From assembly GCF_009834535.1 (NCBI RefSeq), contig NC_045707.1, positions 55,368,001 to 55,432,000 on the forward strand: a stretch of DNA of 64,000 bases. The letters are read 5' to 3'. The position numbers were made by a program, and so were the translations under genes. The DNA is from Camelus ferus. Lineage: Eukaryota. The notes under the pieces were generated by a model that was given only the letters and a program-made list of their open reading frames with translations, did no database searches and was not told the origin of the DNA. Position 1 is the stretch's first letter. Each line of letters begins with the position of its first letter. Shown here piece by piece: positions 1-12,782 of the stretch.

Positions 1-20
1 TCCATTAGCCTTATCATATC

Positions 21-190
21 AGTGGTCCTCGAAGTGTGCTCCCCAAACCAGCAGAATCAGAGTCACCTAGGAATTGTTAAAAATTCAGCACAGATGTATT
101 GAATTAGAAATAAGCAGGAGGGCCCAGAGATCCGTGGTTCAACAATCCCTCCAGGTGATTCCGGTGCATGATAAAACTGAAGAGCAGTGG
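21..190. mobile_element. MER5A-like hAT-Charlie non-autonomous DNA transposon
   Basis: agtggtcctcgaagtgtg...cagcagaatcagagtcacctaggaattgttaaaaa...aatccctccaggtgattc...agcagtgg matches the MER5A layout as recalled. Confidence 0.7.
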
Positions 191-959
191 TTCCATGGCA
201 ACAGCTAGTAGATAAAGCATAATTCAGCAGTCATTAATAGAAGACATTTGTTGAAATTACATTTCAATGAATTCAATGTGTTTTTAAAATATCTCAACTT
301 GAGTTATTTTGACTCCTGACACTCAATTTATCTTATTTAATTCTATAAGAATTTTTACTTGTTTAATTATGAAACATTGCAGATGGTGAAATGATTTATT
401 TTTTAAGGATGGAATAGAAATGCTATATAAATATTATTATTTTCATTCATGTATTATGTCAAGATTTTCTCTTTCCTGCTTTATATATAAATGGTACTCT
501 TAAAATTCTGTTGAGCTCTGTTGTATTTTTAGAACATACATTTATGAGTTGTATCACCATACTTATATGTTTATGTGTTTGCCCTTGTATTCCTGTATAA
601 TATTCAGAAATAATAACAAATTGCTTAGCATTTTAACTTATATTTTCATATTTGTTAACTAATTTGAGGGTTCTGTTACTTTAGCTCTGTCTTTATGTAA
701 GAATAAAGAGGAAATGCAGAGAAATTATGTGATTACCTAACATTACACATCTAGTACATGGGACAACCAAAATTAATATTAAGGACTTTTGAATCCAGAT
801 CTGAGCATTGCACTTGCAAGGAACTAAAAATAATAAATAAGATACAAATTCCATCCCAGAAGGGATATTGTCCCTGTAATTAGTGTTGCAAAGAAGCAGA
901 TTATTAGAAAAGAAAGAACAGCTGGGGTGTTGCTTGACTTCTCCCTTAAAATCTCTTAC

Positions 960-1165
960 AAGCGCGCTGCAAACCAGCTGAATCATATTTGGGTAATTAA
1001 CCTCGTGGATTTCCATACCCCGAGAAAGAAGAGGATTCTGGGAACAGCTACAGAAGGCGAGGTAGACGCCAACCTAGCAAGTTTATTTATGTAATGTGGC
1101 TAGGATATCCATTTGGCGTTCTCTAAGAAAGATAAATTTTTTCCGTCACAATGACTCACAGGAAG
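960..1165 (+). other. candidate first/alternative exon ending at a strong 5' splice site (start uncertain)
   Basis: AAG|GTATGT at 1165/1166; locally CpG-richer unique sequence; acaATG at 1151 overlaps TGACTCA (AP-1 motif). Confidence 0.3.
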
Positions 1166-1366
1166 GTATGTCTTTGAATGCAACTCAGTTTCAAGATTGA
1201 TATCAAAGTGAGAGCAGACTTGTTTATCTTTAACTGGTTAAACTGATATTAAGTCGAAAACAAATATATTAGGCAGCAAAATGCCAACATACTGGGAAAA
1301 CTTAGGGTGTATTTTGTTATTTCAAAGGAACGTGATGCTTGCTGCTCCATTGGATTTTGTCCTCAG

Positions 1367-1422
1367 ACTTCCTGCTGCAAAATTTCACTTTCTTCTCCCC
1401 TGAGGAACCTTGGTGGGAACAG
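1367..1422 (+). other. candidate 56-nt internal exon
   Basis: acceptor ttttgtcctcag| at 1366 and donor CAG|GTAAGA at 1422/1423, both close to consensus, in unique sequence. Confidence 0.45.
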
Positions 1423-2559
1423 GTAAGAGGCCTTGGGCCAAAGATTTGTACTCTGATTTAAGAGACTTAAAATTCATTATATGATTATTTAAAATATTTG
1501 TCAGTAGGAAAGTGAAATTATTGCTATAGACAACTGGAATCAACTTCCAAACACACCTACTGTTCATAAATCAGAATAAAAGCGCCGTTTTTCTTGGGAG
1601 ATGGGATTACGGTTTGTTTCCATTAAATTTCCAAGTGTGACTTTTTTCTCATTTCCCGCAAGTGTGATGTACTCAGTCTGAGGGAGCAGGTCTCCTCCAA
1701 CATCCTAGTGAAATTGTGTAACCTTGGCTAGCTAGCTGAAGAGCTTAGTGGCAAGGTTTTCATCTTATTGTGTAGGTTACTCTTCCCTTGGCTCATTCAT
1801 ATGCAGAATTGACTTTGTGTGTTTTTATTCCTGTCCCCTTTTTATGAATATGTTGGCACTAATGAATCCCATAGTGACCCAGTTGAATCGAGTCTGCTAC
1901 CCGCTGTGCCACCACTGTAAAACTGTCCAAAAAAAAAAAAAAAAGCATTTCTCTCTTCTACTCACTTGGGAGTTGCTTACTTCCTATCGTCCCTGAGTTC
2001 ACAAGGAAAAAGAGAGGCAGGTACTAGTTTCCTACTGTTGCTGCCATTAATTATAAGAGCAGCATTTCGAATGAAGATGGGCAAACCTGGTCTCATTATC
2101 TATGTAGAAAAGTGGAAAATGTTATTAAAAGAGTGGGTATTAGCATTTTTTAGGAGGCTCTCCCCTACTCTACCCCAAATACTCTGAAAGTCGGTTTCAG
2201 GTGGGGAGTTTGGATCCCTGAAATGATGGTTGGTGAAGATGATTTGTAAACAATGTTAAAGCTCTCTATATAAGAAGTTAATAAGAGTGTTGGTGCTGGA
2301 TCAAACCGCAACAGAGGAGAAAGCAGAGGAAAAGGAGAACACGGAGCAAGAGTGAGGGAAGCCGGAGCTTGTGGAAAATGTAGGGTAGTGAGGAATTCAT
2401 TATAATGTGGTCAAAGAATCAGAAATTTACTATTTAGTATTTTATTCATTCAGATGCAATGAAAAATCCTTTGGTCCCAGTCTTTAATAGAGTATATTAA
2501 ATAAACAAATTCTTTGCGTGAATGTTTTGGGAGAACTCAAGGAAAAAGCCTCATATTTT

Positions 2560-2752
2560 AGTGCTTCTCAACATATATGCCTGGAACAGCAACATCTGAA
2601 TCACCTGGGAACTTTTAGAAATGCAAATTATCAGCGCCTAGCCCAGACTTACTGAATCTGGCATGCAGCGGGCAATGGGTGGAGCTTTGCAGCCTGTGAT
2701 TTAAGGAACCCTCCAGGTGATTGTAATGTAAGCTACAGGGCGAGGTCTACTG
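2560..2752. mobile_element. MER5A-like hAT-Charlie element
   Basis: agtgcttctcaac...cagcaacatctgaatcacctgggaacttttagaaatgcaaatt...acttactgaatc...ccctccaggtgatt. Confidence 0.7.
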
Positions 2753-3469
2753 TCTTACTCTGCATCTAGGTTTACGTGGAGCAGAAAGAAGGGAACAGTG
2801 ATAGGAGATGAGGTGCTGCAGAAATTAAGGAGTCTGCTGAGTAGGAATTTGGTGTTAAATTGCTAAGAACACAGGACAGCAGGGTAAGACTTATCTAGTA
2901 CTTGGGAAAGACATAGCACATCCTACTATGTGGTAGGTAGTTTAAATCTTTATAGCCAACTATTATAAAAATTTTAAAGAGAGGCTCACCCTAGCTTTGG
3001 CTTATCTTTTTTAAATATAAAATTTTGGCTATCCAGTGTTAATAATTCTTTTATTGTGTATACTATACTGATGGGAAAACTTTGAATAGTGCTAGATGAT
3101 TTTAATCAGAGGTATTTTGATATGTTTATCCGTTCCTATATTGTCTGCCTTAATAAGCGGGAAACATCTTTTGAAAAATATTTTAAGGTTCTTTTTACTG
3201 TTTTAAGATCCACCTCTTCCTACCTTTGTGCAAACAATAATTGGCATTCAATTTTAAGGGACATTTAAAACTACCTTAAGGATTTTGATGAAATAGGTAT
3301 TTTAGACAAGAAAATCTTTGAAAATGTAATATGTTTTCTCTCTTTAATAGTTCACCTCTGTGTATCAGTCTACAACTAAATTGTTATTCCACTATAATGC
3401 CCTTTTTTGCTGATGCTATTAGAATAAGTGATCAATTTACTTTTTTCAGAAACCATAAACTCCATTTTT

Positions 3470-4018
3470 AAATTTTTTATTGAAGTATAATTTATAATGT
3501 ATTATAGTTTCAGGTGTACAACATAGTGATGTAAAATTTTTATTGATTATACTCCATTTAGAGCTATTATAAAATATTGGTCATATTACCTGAACTGTAC
3601 AATATATCCTTGTAGAGTATTTTGTACATAGGAGTTTGTATTAATCCCCTACCCCTGATCTTCCCCCTCTCCTCCCTCTCCCACTGGTAACCACTAGTTT
3701 ACTCACTTTATCTGTGTTTTCTGTTTTGTTATATTATTCATTTTTAGATTACACATATAAATGATAACATAGAGTATTTATTTTTCTGTCTGACTTAACT
3801 TCACTCAGCTTAATACCCTCCAGGTCCATCCATGTCATTGCAAATGGCAAAATTTCTTTCTTTTTTATGGCTTAGTAGTGTTCCTCTGTGTGATACTCTT
3901 TTTTTTTTTTATTCATTCATTTTTGATGAACACTTGCATCACTTCCATATCTTTGTTACTGTAAATAATGCTCTTATGAACATTGGGGTGCATATATCAT
4001 TTTAAAATAGTGTTTTCC
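3470..4018 (-). mobile_element. LINE-1 3' end (host element, part 1)
   Basis: T-rich head then L1 3' UTR and ORF2 end in antisense (tccaggtccatccatgtcattgcaaatggcaaaatttc). Confidence 0.9.
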
Positions 4019-4973
4019 TTCCTTTTTTTTTTTGAAGTATAGTCAATTTACAATGCTGTGTTAATTTCTGGTGTATAGCATAGCCATTCATGTATACATA
4101 TATATATATATACATTTTCATATTCTTTTTCATTATTGGCCATTACAAGGTATTGAATATAGTTCCCTGTGCTATACAGTAGGACCTTGTTTATCTATTT
4201 TATATGTAGTAGGTAGTATCTGCAAATCCCAAACTCCCAATTTATCCCTCCCACTTCATTCCCACTGGTGACCATAGTTTTTTTTTTTTTTCTACGTCTG
4301 TGAGTCTGCCTCTGTTTTATAAATAAGTTCATTTTTTTTTTCTTTTTTTTCTTTCTTTTTTTTTTTTAGATTCCCCATGTAAGTGATATCATGTGGTATT
4401 TTTCTTTCTCTTTCTGGCTTATTTTACTTAGTATGATGATCTCCGGGTCCATCCATGTTGCTGGAAATGGCATTATTTTATTTTTTTTTATGGATGAGTA
4501 GTATTCTGTTGTGTATATATACAACATCTTCATCAGGTGATCTGTTGATGATTGTTTAGGTTGCTTCCATATTTTGGCTATTGTAAATAGTGCTGTAATC
4601 CTCATCAGAGTTTCCTTCAGATACCTGCCCAAGAGTGGGATTGCTGGGTCATAGAGTAAGTCTATTTTCAGTTTCTTTAGGACTCTCCATAATGTTTTCT
4701 ATAATGGCTGCACCAAACTACATTCCCAACAACAGTGTGGGAGGGTTCTCTTTTCTCCACACCCTCTCCAGCATTTGTCATTTGTGGACTTTTTAATGAT
4801 GACCATTCTGACCAGTGTGAGGTCATTGTACTTGATTGGCATTTCTCTGATCAGTAGTGATATTGAGCATTATTTCATGTCCTGTTGGCTATTTGTATGT
4901 TCCATTGGAGAAATATTTGTTTAGGTCTTCTGCCCATTTTTGGATGGAGTTGTTTGTTGTTTTGTTTGAGTTG
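4019..4973 (-). mobile_element. younger 5'-truncated LINE-1 nested in the host L1
   Basis: second poly(T) head plus L1 3' UTR; ORF 4366-4632 gives the ORF2 C-terminus (ALFTIAKIWKQPK...IMPFPATWMDPEIIILS); flanked by direct repeat tagtgttttcc at 4008-4018 and 4974-4984. Confidence 0.9.
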
Positions 4974-6345
4974 TAGTGTTTTCCATTTCTTTGGATACAT
5001 AACCAAAAGTGGAATTGCTGGATCATATACTACTTCCTAGTTTTAGATTTTTGAAGGATCTCTGTACTATTTTCCATTGTGACTCTACCATTTACATTCT
5101 CACAATGTGTGAGGGTTCCCTTTTCTCCATATTCTTACCAACTCTTGTTATTTGTGGTCTTTTGATGATAGCTATTCTGATAGGTGAAACCTCATTGTGG
5201 TTTTGATTTGCATTTCTCTGATTAACAATGTTGAGCATCTTTTCCTGTACCTATTGGCCATCTGTATGTCTTCTTTGGAAGAATGTTCAGGTCTTCTGCC
5301 CATTTTTAAGTTGTTTTTTTCTTTTTGATATTGTATGAGCTGTCCATATAAGTTGGATATTAACTCCTTATTGGCCATATCATTTGCAGATATCTTCTCC
5401 CATTCAGTAGGTTGTCTTTTTGTTTTGTTTATGGTTTCCTTTGCTGTGCAAAAGCTTTTAAATTTAATTAGACTAATTAATTTTTTTTTTTAAAGTTTGC
5501 TTGTGTTTTCTTTGCCTTAGAGATCCAAAAACATTTTGCTCTGATTCTTGTCAAAGAGTGTTCTGCCTATGTTTTCCTCTAGGAGTTACATGGTTTCAGG
5601 TCTTACATTTAGACCTGAATCCATTTTGAATTTATTTTTATATGTGGTGTTAGATAATATTCTAATTTCATTCTTTTACATGCAACCGTCTAGTTTTCCC
5701 AGTACTACTTACTGAAGAGACTGTCTTTTCCCCATTGTGTATTCTTGTCTCCTTTGTCATAGATTAATTGACCATAACTGTGAGGGTTTATTTCTGAGCT
5801 TTCTGTCCTGTTCCATTTATGTGTCTGTTTTTGCACCAATACTTTTGGATTACTGTAGCTTTGGAGTATATTCTGAAGTCAGGGAACATGATACCTTCAG
5901 CTCTGTTCTTAAGATTCCTTTGGCTATTCAGGGTCTTTTGTGTTTCCATACAAATTTTAGAATTCTAGTTCTATGAAAAATGCCATTGGTATTTTGATAC
6001 GGATTGCATTAAATTTGTAGATTGCCTTGGGTGGTATGGTTATTTTGACAATATTCTTTCAATTCATGATCATGGTTTATCTTTCATCTGTTTGCATTGT
6101 CTTCAGTTTCTTTCATCAGTGTCTAACAGTTTTTCAATTGCAGATCTTTTGCCTCCTCAGTTAGATTTATTCCTAGGCATTTGACTCTTCTTGACACAAT
6201 GGTAGATGGGACTGTTCTCTTAATTTCTCTTTCTGGTAGTTCATTATTAGTGTACAGAAATGCAACAAATTTATGTATATTAATTTTCTATCCTGCAACT
6301 TTATGGACTTCATTGCTGAGCTCTAATTTTTGGTGGTGCCTTTAG
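4974..6345 (-). mobile_element. LINE-1 ORF2 remnant (host element, part 2)
   Basis: ORF 5172-5378 [10 protein letters not shown]...[15 protein letters not shown] is L1 ORF2; sequence resumes where part 1 stops. Confidence 0.9.
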
Positions 6346-8819
6346 GTTTAATAATCAATTAATTCAGAAAAGATTAAAATACAAGATTAAAAGATTCATG
6401 ATTGTTCAACTATTTTATTTTATCTTAAAATACAAAAATGTGCATTTTATTTATCAAATGTTTCAGGAATTGTCGGGACATTTTTAAAAAAATGAGTCTG
6501 TTGATTAAAAAATTGTCTTCTTTGGTATGTAAACTACACCCACAATGCATTCCTTTTAATTTGTTTCTCAGAACTTAAGACATAATGTAATGCAATCTCC
6601 ATGCAGAATTTTGTAATTATTGTTATTTTTAATGGAACATCACAGATTTGAATGTTATCTTTGTGCAGAGCATATGCAGAATTATTTAAATATTTTTCTC
6701 AGAATTTTACTGTTAGCCTTCCCACACCTAATTAGATAGCAATTTTTAAAATAGCTCATCTTTATTAAACTTTTCCAAAATATTCAATTTAGTTACCATA
6801 AAACATTTTTTAAAGTAGTATTAATTATATTATGTAGTTAGAATAACAAGTTTATCTAATGTAAGACAGTTTGAGGAATACACCCAACAACCTATTGATG
6901 CATGTAAGTCAGCTGGAGGCAGCCAAGTTGTGTGGACACACTGGAAAGCCACCTCCATAGGTCTTCTCTAGGCATTGAAGGTATAATCATTATGTCTCAG
7001 AGGATGGGGAGGGCTAATCTACAGTCAAGAAAGTGGATTAAAAGTGGTTGTTTATTGATACTCCATGATCTAAAATTCTGGTATTTATGTTACTAAAAGC
7101 CTATTTAAAAGGTGAGTAAAGGTCATTACTTTTAAAGTGTATTTTGATTATTTAGATAAATCAGGTTTTAAATAGATATATATTTTATTTAATTACAATT
7201 ACCTCTAAATTATAAATTTTTTTTGAGATTATACTGACTTTTTGCTTCTTATCTGGAAAAATGGTTGTTGGGATGGAGTGACAGCCTTCTGAGAGATCTG
7301 TGCTTTGCATGAGTTCAAAATTGCTACTGTTCAAAATGTGCTACAAGACCTGCCACACAATCTTCTAACTAGACAGGAACCTTTGAGGGCGTGATCAAAA
7401 TTATATTTGTGTATGTTTTGTAAGTGCCTATCACAAAGAGCAGCAATGTGTAGGCACTGAAATTGTTGGGAAGTAAGCAAAAAAGAAACTGAGACATTCT
7501 ATGATAAGATGTTTTTTCTTATTTTGTTACCCTTCTGATATTTTTCTCCTGATTTCTTTCTTTTACAGATACTATCTTTTTTATTAACAAAATATAAAGA
7601 AAGGAATACTATATTATCATAAGATAGTCATCCCACCTTGTTCTATTGTTCTGAAGAGACATAAAAGAAGAGGCAGGCTATGCACTGGCTTGTGAAATAA
7701 GAATAGAAAAATGACAGTTTCTATGAATATCAATTTGTAAGGCATCCTGCTTATGCTGTGCCTTGCTCTCTGGTCCATAATCTAAAAAGCAGTTTTTACT
7801 TAAAAACATACTTACTGGAAAAATAAAGCATCCTATAAGATAATTCCCAACATTTACAGACTCAGAAGATTTGGAAGAAAGCAAATGCATGTTTGATGAA
7901 AACTATTAATTTAACTTTAAATTGAGGATTGAAAAGCAATTTATAAAAAGTACAAACATTTATGGGAGATGCCATAATCTCTGGCTTCTGAATCCTAGAA
8001 GCACACATTTCTTTTCCTCATCTTAAGGAAAGAGTTGATCCACAGAAAGATGATGTCAAATTGATCTGGTGCTCAAATATTCACCTTGAAACATTTATAT
8101 TTTTGCAAACGCAGTCAGTATTAAACAGTATCACACTTTAGTTTTCACACTCATCTTTCTGGCCTCTTCATATGTTTATAAAATTCACAAATGGATTCCA
8201 CACATGTGGCGTCTATTTCTACATCATAAACTCCCTTCATAATCTCTTAAAATCTGGTTTCTCTTCTTAATCTTAAAATTCAATTCAGTTGTATTCAATT
8301 TGAATAATACATATAGCATGTTTTATAAAAAACTAATTTAAGAATTGTTATACTGAAATATTTAAGAATTAATTTTGAGAATAATTGAGAATTATCATGC
8401 AAATAATTAACTACACCAACTAAAAAAACTTGGGTGTGTATTGGTCCAGAACCAGGAAGCCCCTGATTAGAGGCCTTGTTAATAAGCACCTGCTGTGGAA
8501 GGTAGCGAACCAAATCCAGGGAAAATAAAGATTTCAATTTTTTTATTACTGGAAAGATGCAACGCTGAGATTGTTCCCGCTATTCTTCCTGCCTCTGTAC
8601 ACATCTTCACCTAATTCATCCTCTACATGGCTTCAGGGGTCAGGGCTGGCAAAGCATAGAGAAGTGCAAAATTAAAGTAGAAGCCCCTGTTCAGAAAAAG
8701 CAGAAAAAAAAGGCAGTTAAAGGTACTAAAACATAAGGCGTTTAACTTTAAAAACATGCCATAATTTGTAAACATAATAGAGGTAACAGAGGTGCATGAA
8801 TAACAACATAAATCTGCAG

Positions 8820-9210
8820 ATCGCCACATTGCCCTTCGATGTGTTTGTCCACCTCACGGTCTGCCTCCTAACTTGGAATCTTTACTAGGCTTCTCTGCAT
8901 TCTCCTCTCTGCATTTGGTTATCCTTGATCTAACCTCCAGCTTGCACTTTAAAAGTCACTTCCTCAGGTACTCATTTTTTTACTCCACAGAAGCATCTTT
9001 TATTTTTCATTCAGACATATCATAATAAGTAAGTTATATAATCATGTAATGTCCTGCACCCCACTGGATTGTCATCATGAGGGCTGTACACATTGTTTTC
9101 TTCTTCTCTCTCTCCTCTCCGGGCCTGATCCAATGCCTGTTACACATTTTTATTCTTATAATGCCTGTCCATGCTAAATATGTGTTGAACGAACAAGTGA
9201 ATGAATGAAT
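8820..9210 (+). mobile_element. L2 LINE 3' end
   Basis: aaaagtcacttcctcagg...ccactggattgt..catgagggc...aaatatgtgttgaacgaacaagtgaatgaatgaatg tail. Confidence 0.6.
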
Positions 9211-10642
9211 GGAGGCCCCAATATACTTAATGAAGTGCGTGACTCTCCATGAGGAGGCTGTCAGTCACGTGCACAGCCCCATTTCCCACTCAGTTGAGGC
9301 CAGTATTTGACATCGTGGGACGGAGGGTGAAAAAGAAAAAAAATCTGTGAATCTGAGATTGCTTGTTTTCAGCTATATGAATTAAGCAGTAAAAATAGAG
9401 CTGAAGAGATTCAGATAGCACCTGCCAATCTTGTTTAGTCACCTACACAGAAATATTGATTTGTAGCTCTGCCATCATCTCCAAGGGACAAAGACCAAAT
9501 TACTGGCATTGGGAGGTTAGGGAAACTACTGAGAGAAGAGTAATGTCATGGCAGCGGTATCAGGGACTACGGAGGGAAAGGGTGTCATCAGTGACTCTAT
9601 ACCCATTGTCCTGAAAAGGACGCAGTGGGAGTCTGCAGTTGGCCTTATAAGCAAAAGCCTAAGCTGCAGATAAAGATGCAAGAACTTAAGTAGCCAGGAG
9701 AAGTGTCAGAGATGTAAAATTTAAATTTGGGAGTTTATTAAAAAAAAATGACTAGAATTTCTGGAATAAAAAAATTGAGGGTATAGAGGTCTCCTTATAA
9801 AAATAAAGAGAACTAAGGAAAAATGGGATCATTTGGTTGATACCAGCCTTTTAAAAGTGATAACCCATTAAAGATGAGTCTATTATAAAGAATATGACTA
9901 TGAGAACTTACTTTGGAAGCCTACCAGCTTTTTGTATATCCACTATAATTTGTTGCAAATGCTTGTGACAAATATTGCATATTTCAGATCTCATGATATT
10001 TCAAAAGAAATAATTGTTTCAACTATCTTATCATTTTTTATTGGTACTGGTATGTGTATTGCCACATTTTTCATGGAACCAAATAAACATTTCTCGAAGT
10101 GAAAGATTTTGAAATGATTTAAATTTAGAGCATCTAAGAATAAAAGAGGTTAAACCTTTCTTTTGCCTGCTGCTCAGGATTAAAATACTAGAAAACAAAG
10201 GCCTTCATTTTTGATCCTGTCCTTTTAAGATTAAAATGAAAAGGACAGCTGTACAAGAGATTCTTTTTTCACACATCACTTCTTTTTGATATCTTTCCAT
10301 TTCTGCCTCTGCTCTGCTCTTAGATATTTTAGAGCAGCTTCAATAAGAGTATGCATTCCTGTTAGGGTTTCCTTAAATGCAGACACCTCTGGGATCTCAC
10401 TAAAGGAATCTCTGCTTTATAAGCCTACACCTTTTACCAAGTGATGGGAACAATAAGCAGGATTAATTCCTGAGGCCAGTGGGTAGCCCAGAGCTCTCTT
10501 TCTAGCTGACAGGCACAAAGTAATAAATTTATCTTAAGCAATTAGAACCTTCTGATTCTTTGCACTTTTTCTCTAATTCCTTATTTCCTCTGTCTACTCT
10601 ATGTGCATATATGTGTGTGTGTGTATAATGTAAAAATAAATA

Positions 10643-11100
10643 TTGTAAGTCTTTTGTCCTCTATAGGTAAAGATGTTTTTACCTTCTGGCTTCTTTGGGG
10701 ATTTATTTTCTGTTTGATTTGCTGTATAGTTTGAAGATGATATGCCTAGTGTTGTTTTTTGTTTGGGGTTTATTTTTTAGGAGGGGGGAGGTAAGTATTT
10801 ATCCTTCTTGGTGTTATCTGAGCTTTGTGGATCTGTGGTTAGTGTTTGGCTGTAATTTGGGGGAATTCTCAGGCATTATCGTTTCAAATATTTCTGTTCT
10901 TTTCTGTCTTTTCCTGTGGAATCCCCATTATGTGTGTGTTAACATTTTTTTGTAGTTACTCCAAAGTCCTTGGAGACTCTGTTCTGCTTTCTTTCAGTCT
11001 TTGCTCTTTTTGCTTTTCAGTTTGAGGATTCTATTGATACAGCTTCTATTTCATGAATTCTTTCTTCATCCAGTGTCCAGTCTACTAATAAGTTCATTAA
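10643..11100 (-). mobile_element. old LINE-1 ORF1 segment, inverted
   Basis: antisense ORF1-type sequence (agtttgaagatgatatgcctagtg; gggaattctcaggcattatcgtttcaaatatttctg; gtccagtctactaataag). Confidence 0.75.
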
Positions 11101-12057
11101 AGAGGACGAAAGATAAGACTTACAACCAACTTCTCAGAAACCATGCAAGCAAGAAGAGAGTGGAGTTGTAATATTTAAAATGTTAAGAGAAAAAAACCCA
11201 CCAACCTAAAATTCTGTACATTGCAAAATTATCCTTCAAAAGTGATGGAGGAATAAAGGTTTTCTCAGCAAACAAAAATTGAGGGAACATGTTGCCAGTA
11301 GACCTGCCTTACAAGAAATGTTAAAATAAGTTCAGTAATTTTAATCTTGTTGAAGAAAGGAAGAGCACTATAAGGAAAAAGTAGAAAAGTAAAATAAAAA
11401 CTTTTATTTTTCTTACTTTTATTGACCTAACAGAACAATTTGTTTAATTATGTAGTTTTTTGTATACATCTTATGTGTATATTTGTGTGTGTGTATATAT
11501 ATATACATATATGCTTGTGTATCCTTGTAAGTGAAGTGAATGGCAGCGACGATACAAAATATTGGAAAGGTTAGGATTATTTTGTTATTAGGTATTCATA
11601 CTACCCACGAAGTGGTGTCATGTTATGTAAAAGTATTTGAATTAGTTGCAAATGTATATTGCAAACTGTAGAACAACCACAAAAAAAATGTTTTTAAAAT
11701 GTATAACTGATGTGCTAAGAAATGAGAGACGATGGAATCATACAAAATTCTCAATTCAAACCTCAAAAAGGAGAAAGCAGTTAAAGACAAAAACAGGAAA
11801 AAGAACAAGGGGAACAAGTAGAAAACAAGAATGAACACATCAGATTAATCCAACCATATCCATAATCGCTTTTAATACAATGGTGTGAATGTACCAATTA
11901 AAAGACAAAGATTGTCAGAGTGGATCAGAAAACAAGACCCAACTGCATAAATACATACATAGATTAAAAGTAAATGGATGGGAAAAAATATACTATGCTA
12001 ACACTAATCTTAAAAAAAAAATTGGAATGGCTATATTATTTTCGGACAAAGCTGACT
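11101..12057 (+). mobile_element. old LINE-1: ORF1 end, inter-ORF region, start of ORF2 endonuclease
   Basis: aacttctcagaaaccatgcaagcaagaagagagtgg...ccagtagacctgccttacaagaaatgttaaa; ORF 11889-12083 RLKVNGWEKIYYANTN...AILFSDKAD is the L1 ORF2 EN region. Confidence 0.85.
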
Positions 12058-12414
12058 GTCCACAAGTGATAGCCAATCAATAATTTCAGGAAACAGAAGT
12101 AGGACAAACCTAATTAAATGAGACAAATTCAGTTTACTAGTCATTGCCTTTCAGAGAGTATCAAGGAAATGTTTCTGCATGTAACTAGCAGGTGGGGATA
12201 CTACAGAGATTTGGTTTCTTACAATGGAAAGGAAATAATTAGCACATATGTTTTATCAGGAATTTGGTCTTTTGTTTTGCCTTTCCTGTTCCCCTCATGT
12301 GCCCTCCTTTCTGGCTCATGTCTGCCTCCTCCCCTTTGTTCCCCCGTCGCAGATTCTCTGTGCCTTACCCTTGTGAGCACATATTCTGATACTTAGCCTC
12401 AACAAACTGCCTGG

Positions 12415-12620
12415 CAGTGTAGGGTTGAGATGAAAAGTGTGTTGCCCTGGAGATGAATTTCCCAGATGTAAATACACATCACACCCCTTGCTAACTGTTA
12501 ATTTTACTTAACTTAATTTTTTCCCTGGGAAAATTGCTTACACTGTCTGTGTTTGAGGTTCCTGTAAAATGGAAATCTTAGTTGTTCCTACCTTGAGGGA
12601 CATTGGGAGGGGTAAATGGT
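12415..12620 (+). mobile_element. MIR SINE, decayed
   Basis: ccctgggaaaattgcttacactgtctgtgtttgaggttcctgtaaaatggaaat resembles the MIR core. Confidence 0.5.
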
Positions 12621-12641
12621 TTCAAATTCCCCTACTCTAAG

Positions 12642-12782
12642 GCAGTCCTCAGACCACACATCTGAAACACTGGGAGCCTGTTAGCACGGAGCTCCCTACA
12701 GAACTGCTGAATCAGAATCTCCATTTTTACGAAATCCCCAGGTGATCTGTATGCACCTATGTTAAAGTTTGGAAAGTCCTGG
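12642..12782. mobile_element. MER5-like hAT element
   Basis: ctgaatcagaatctccatttttacgaaatccccaggtgatctgtatgcac...taaagtttggaaagtcctgg. Confidence 0.65.

Noticed and set aside
4366..5378. ORFs with real protein similarity
   Set aside because: Decayed L1 ORF2 fragments, not host genes.
7540..7700. Strong-looking acceptor tttctttcttttacag at 7569
   Set aside because: No matching donor or open frame found downstream; polypyrimidine tracts are common here.
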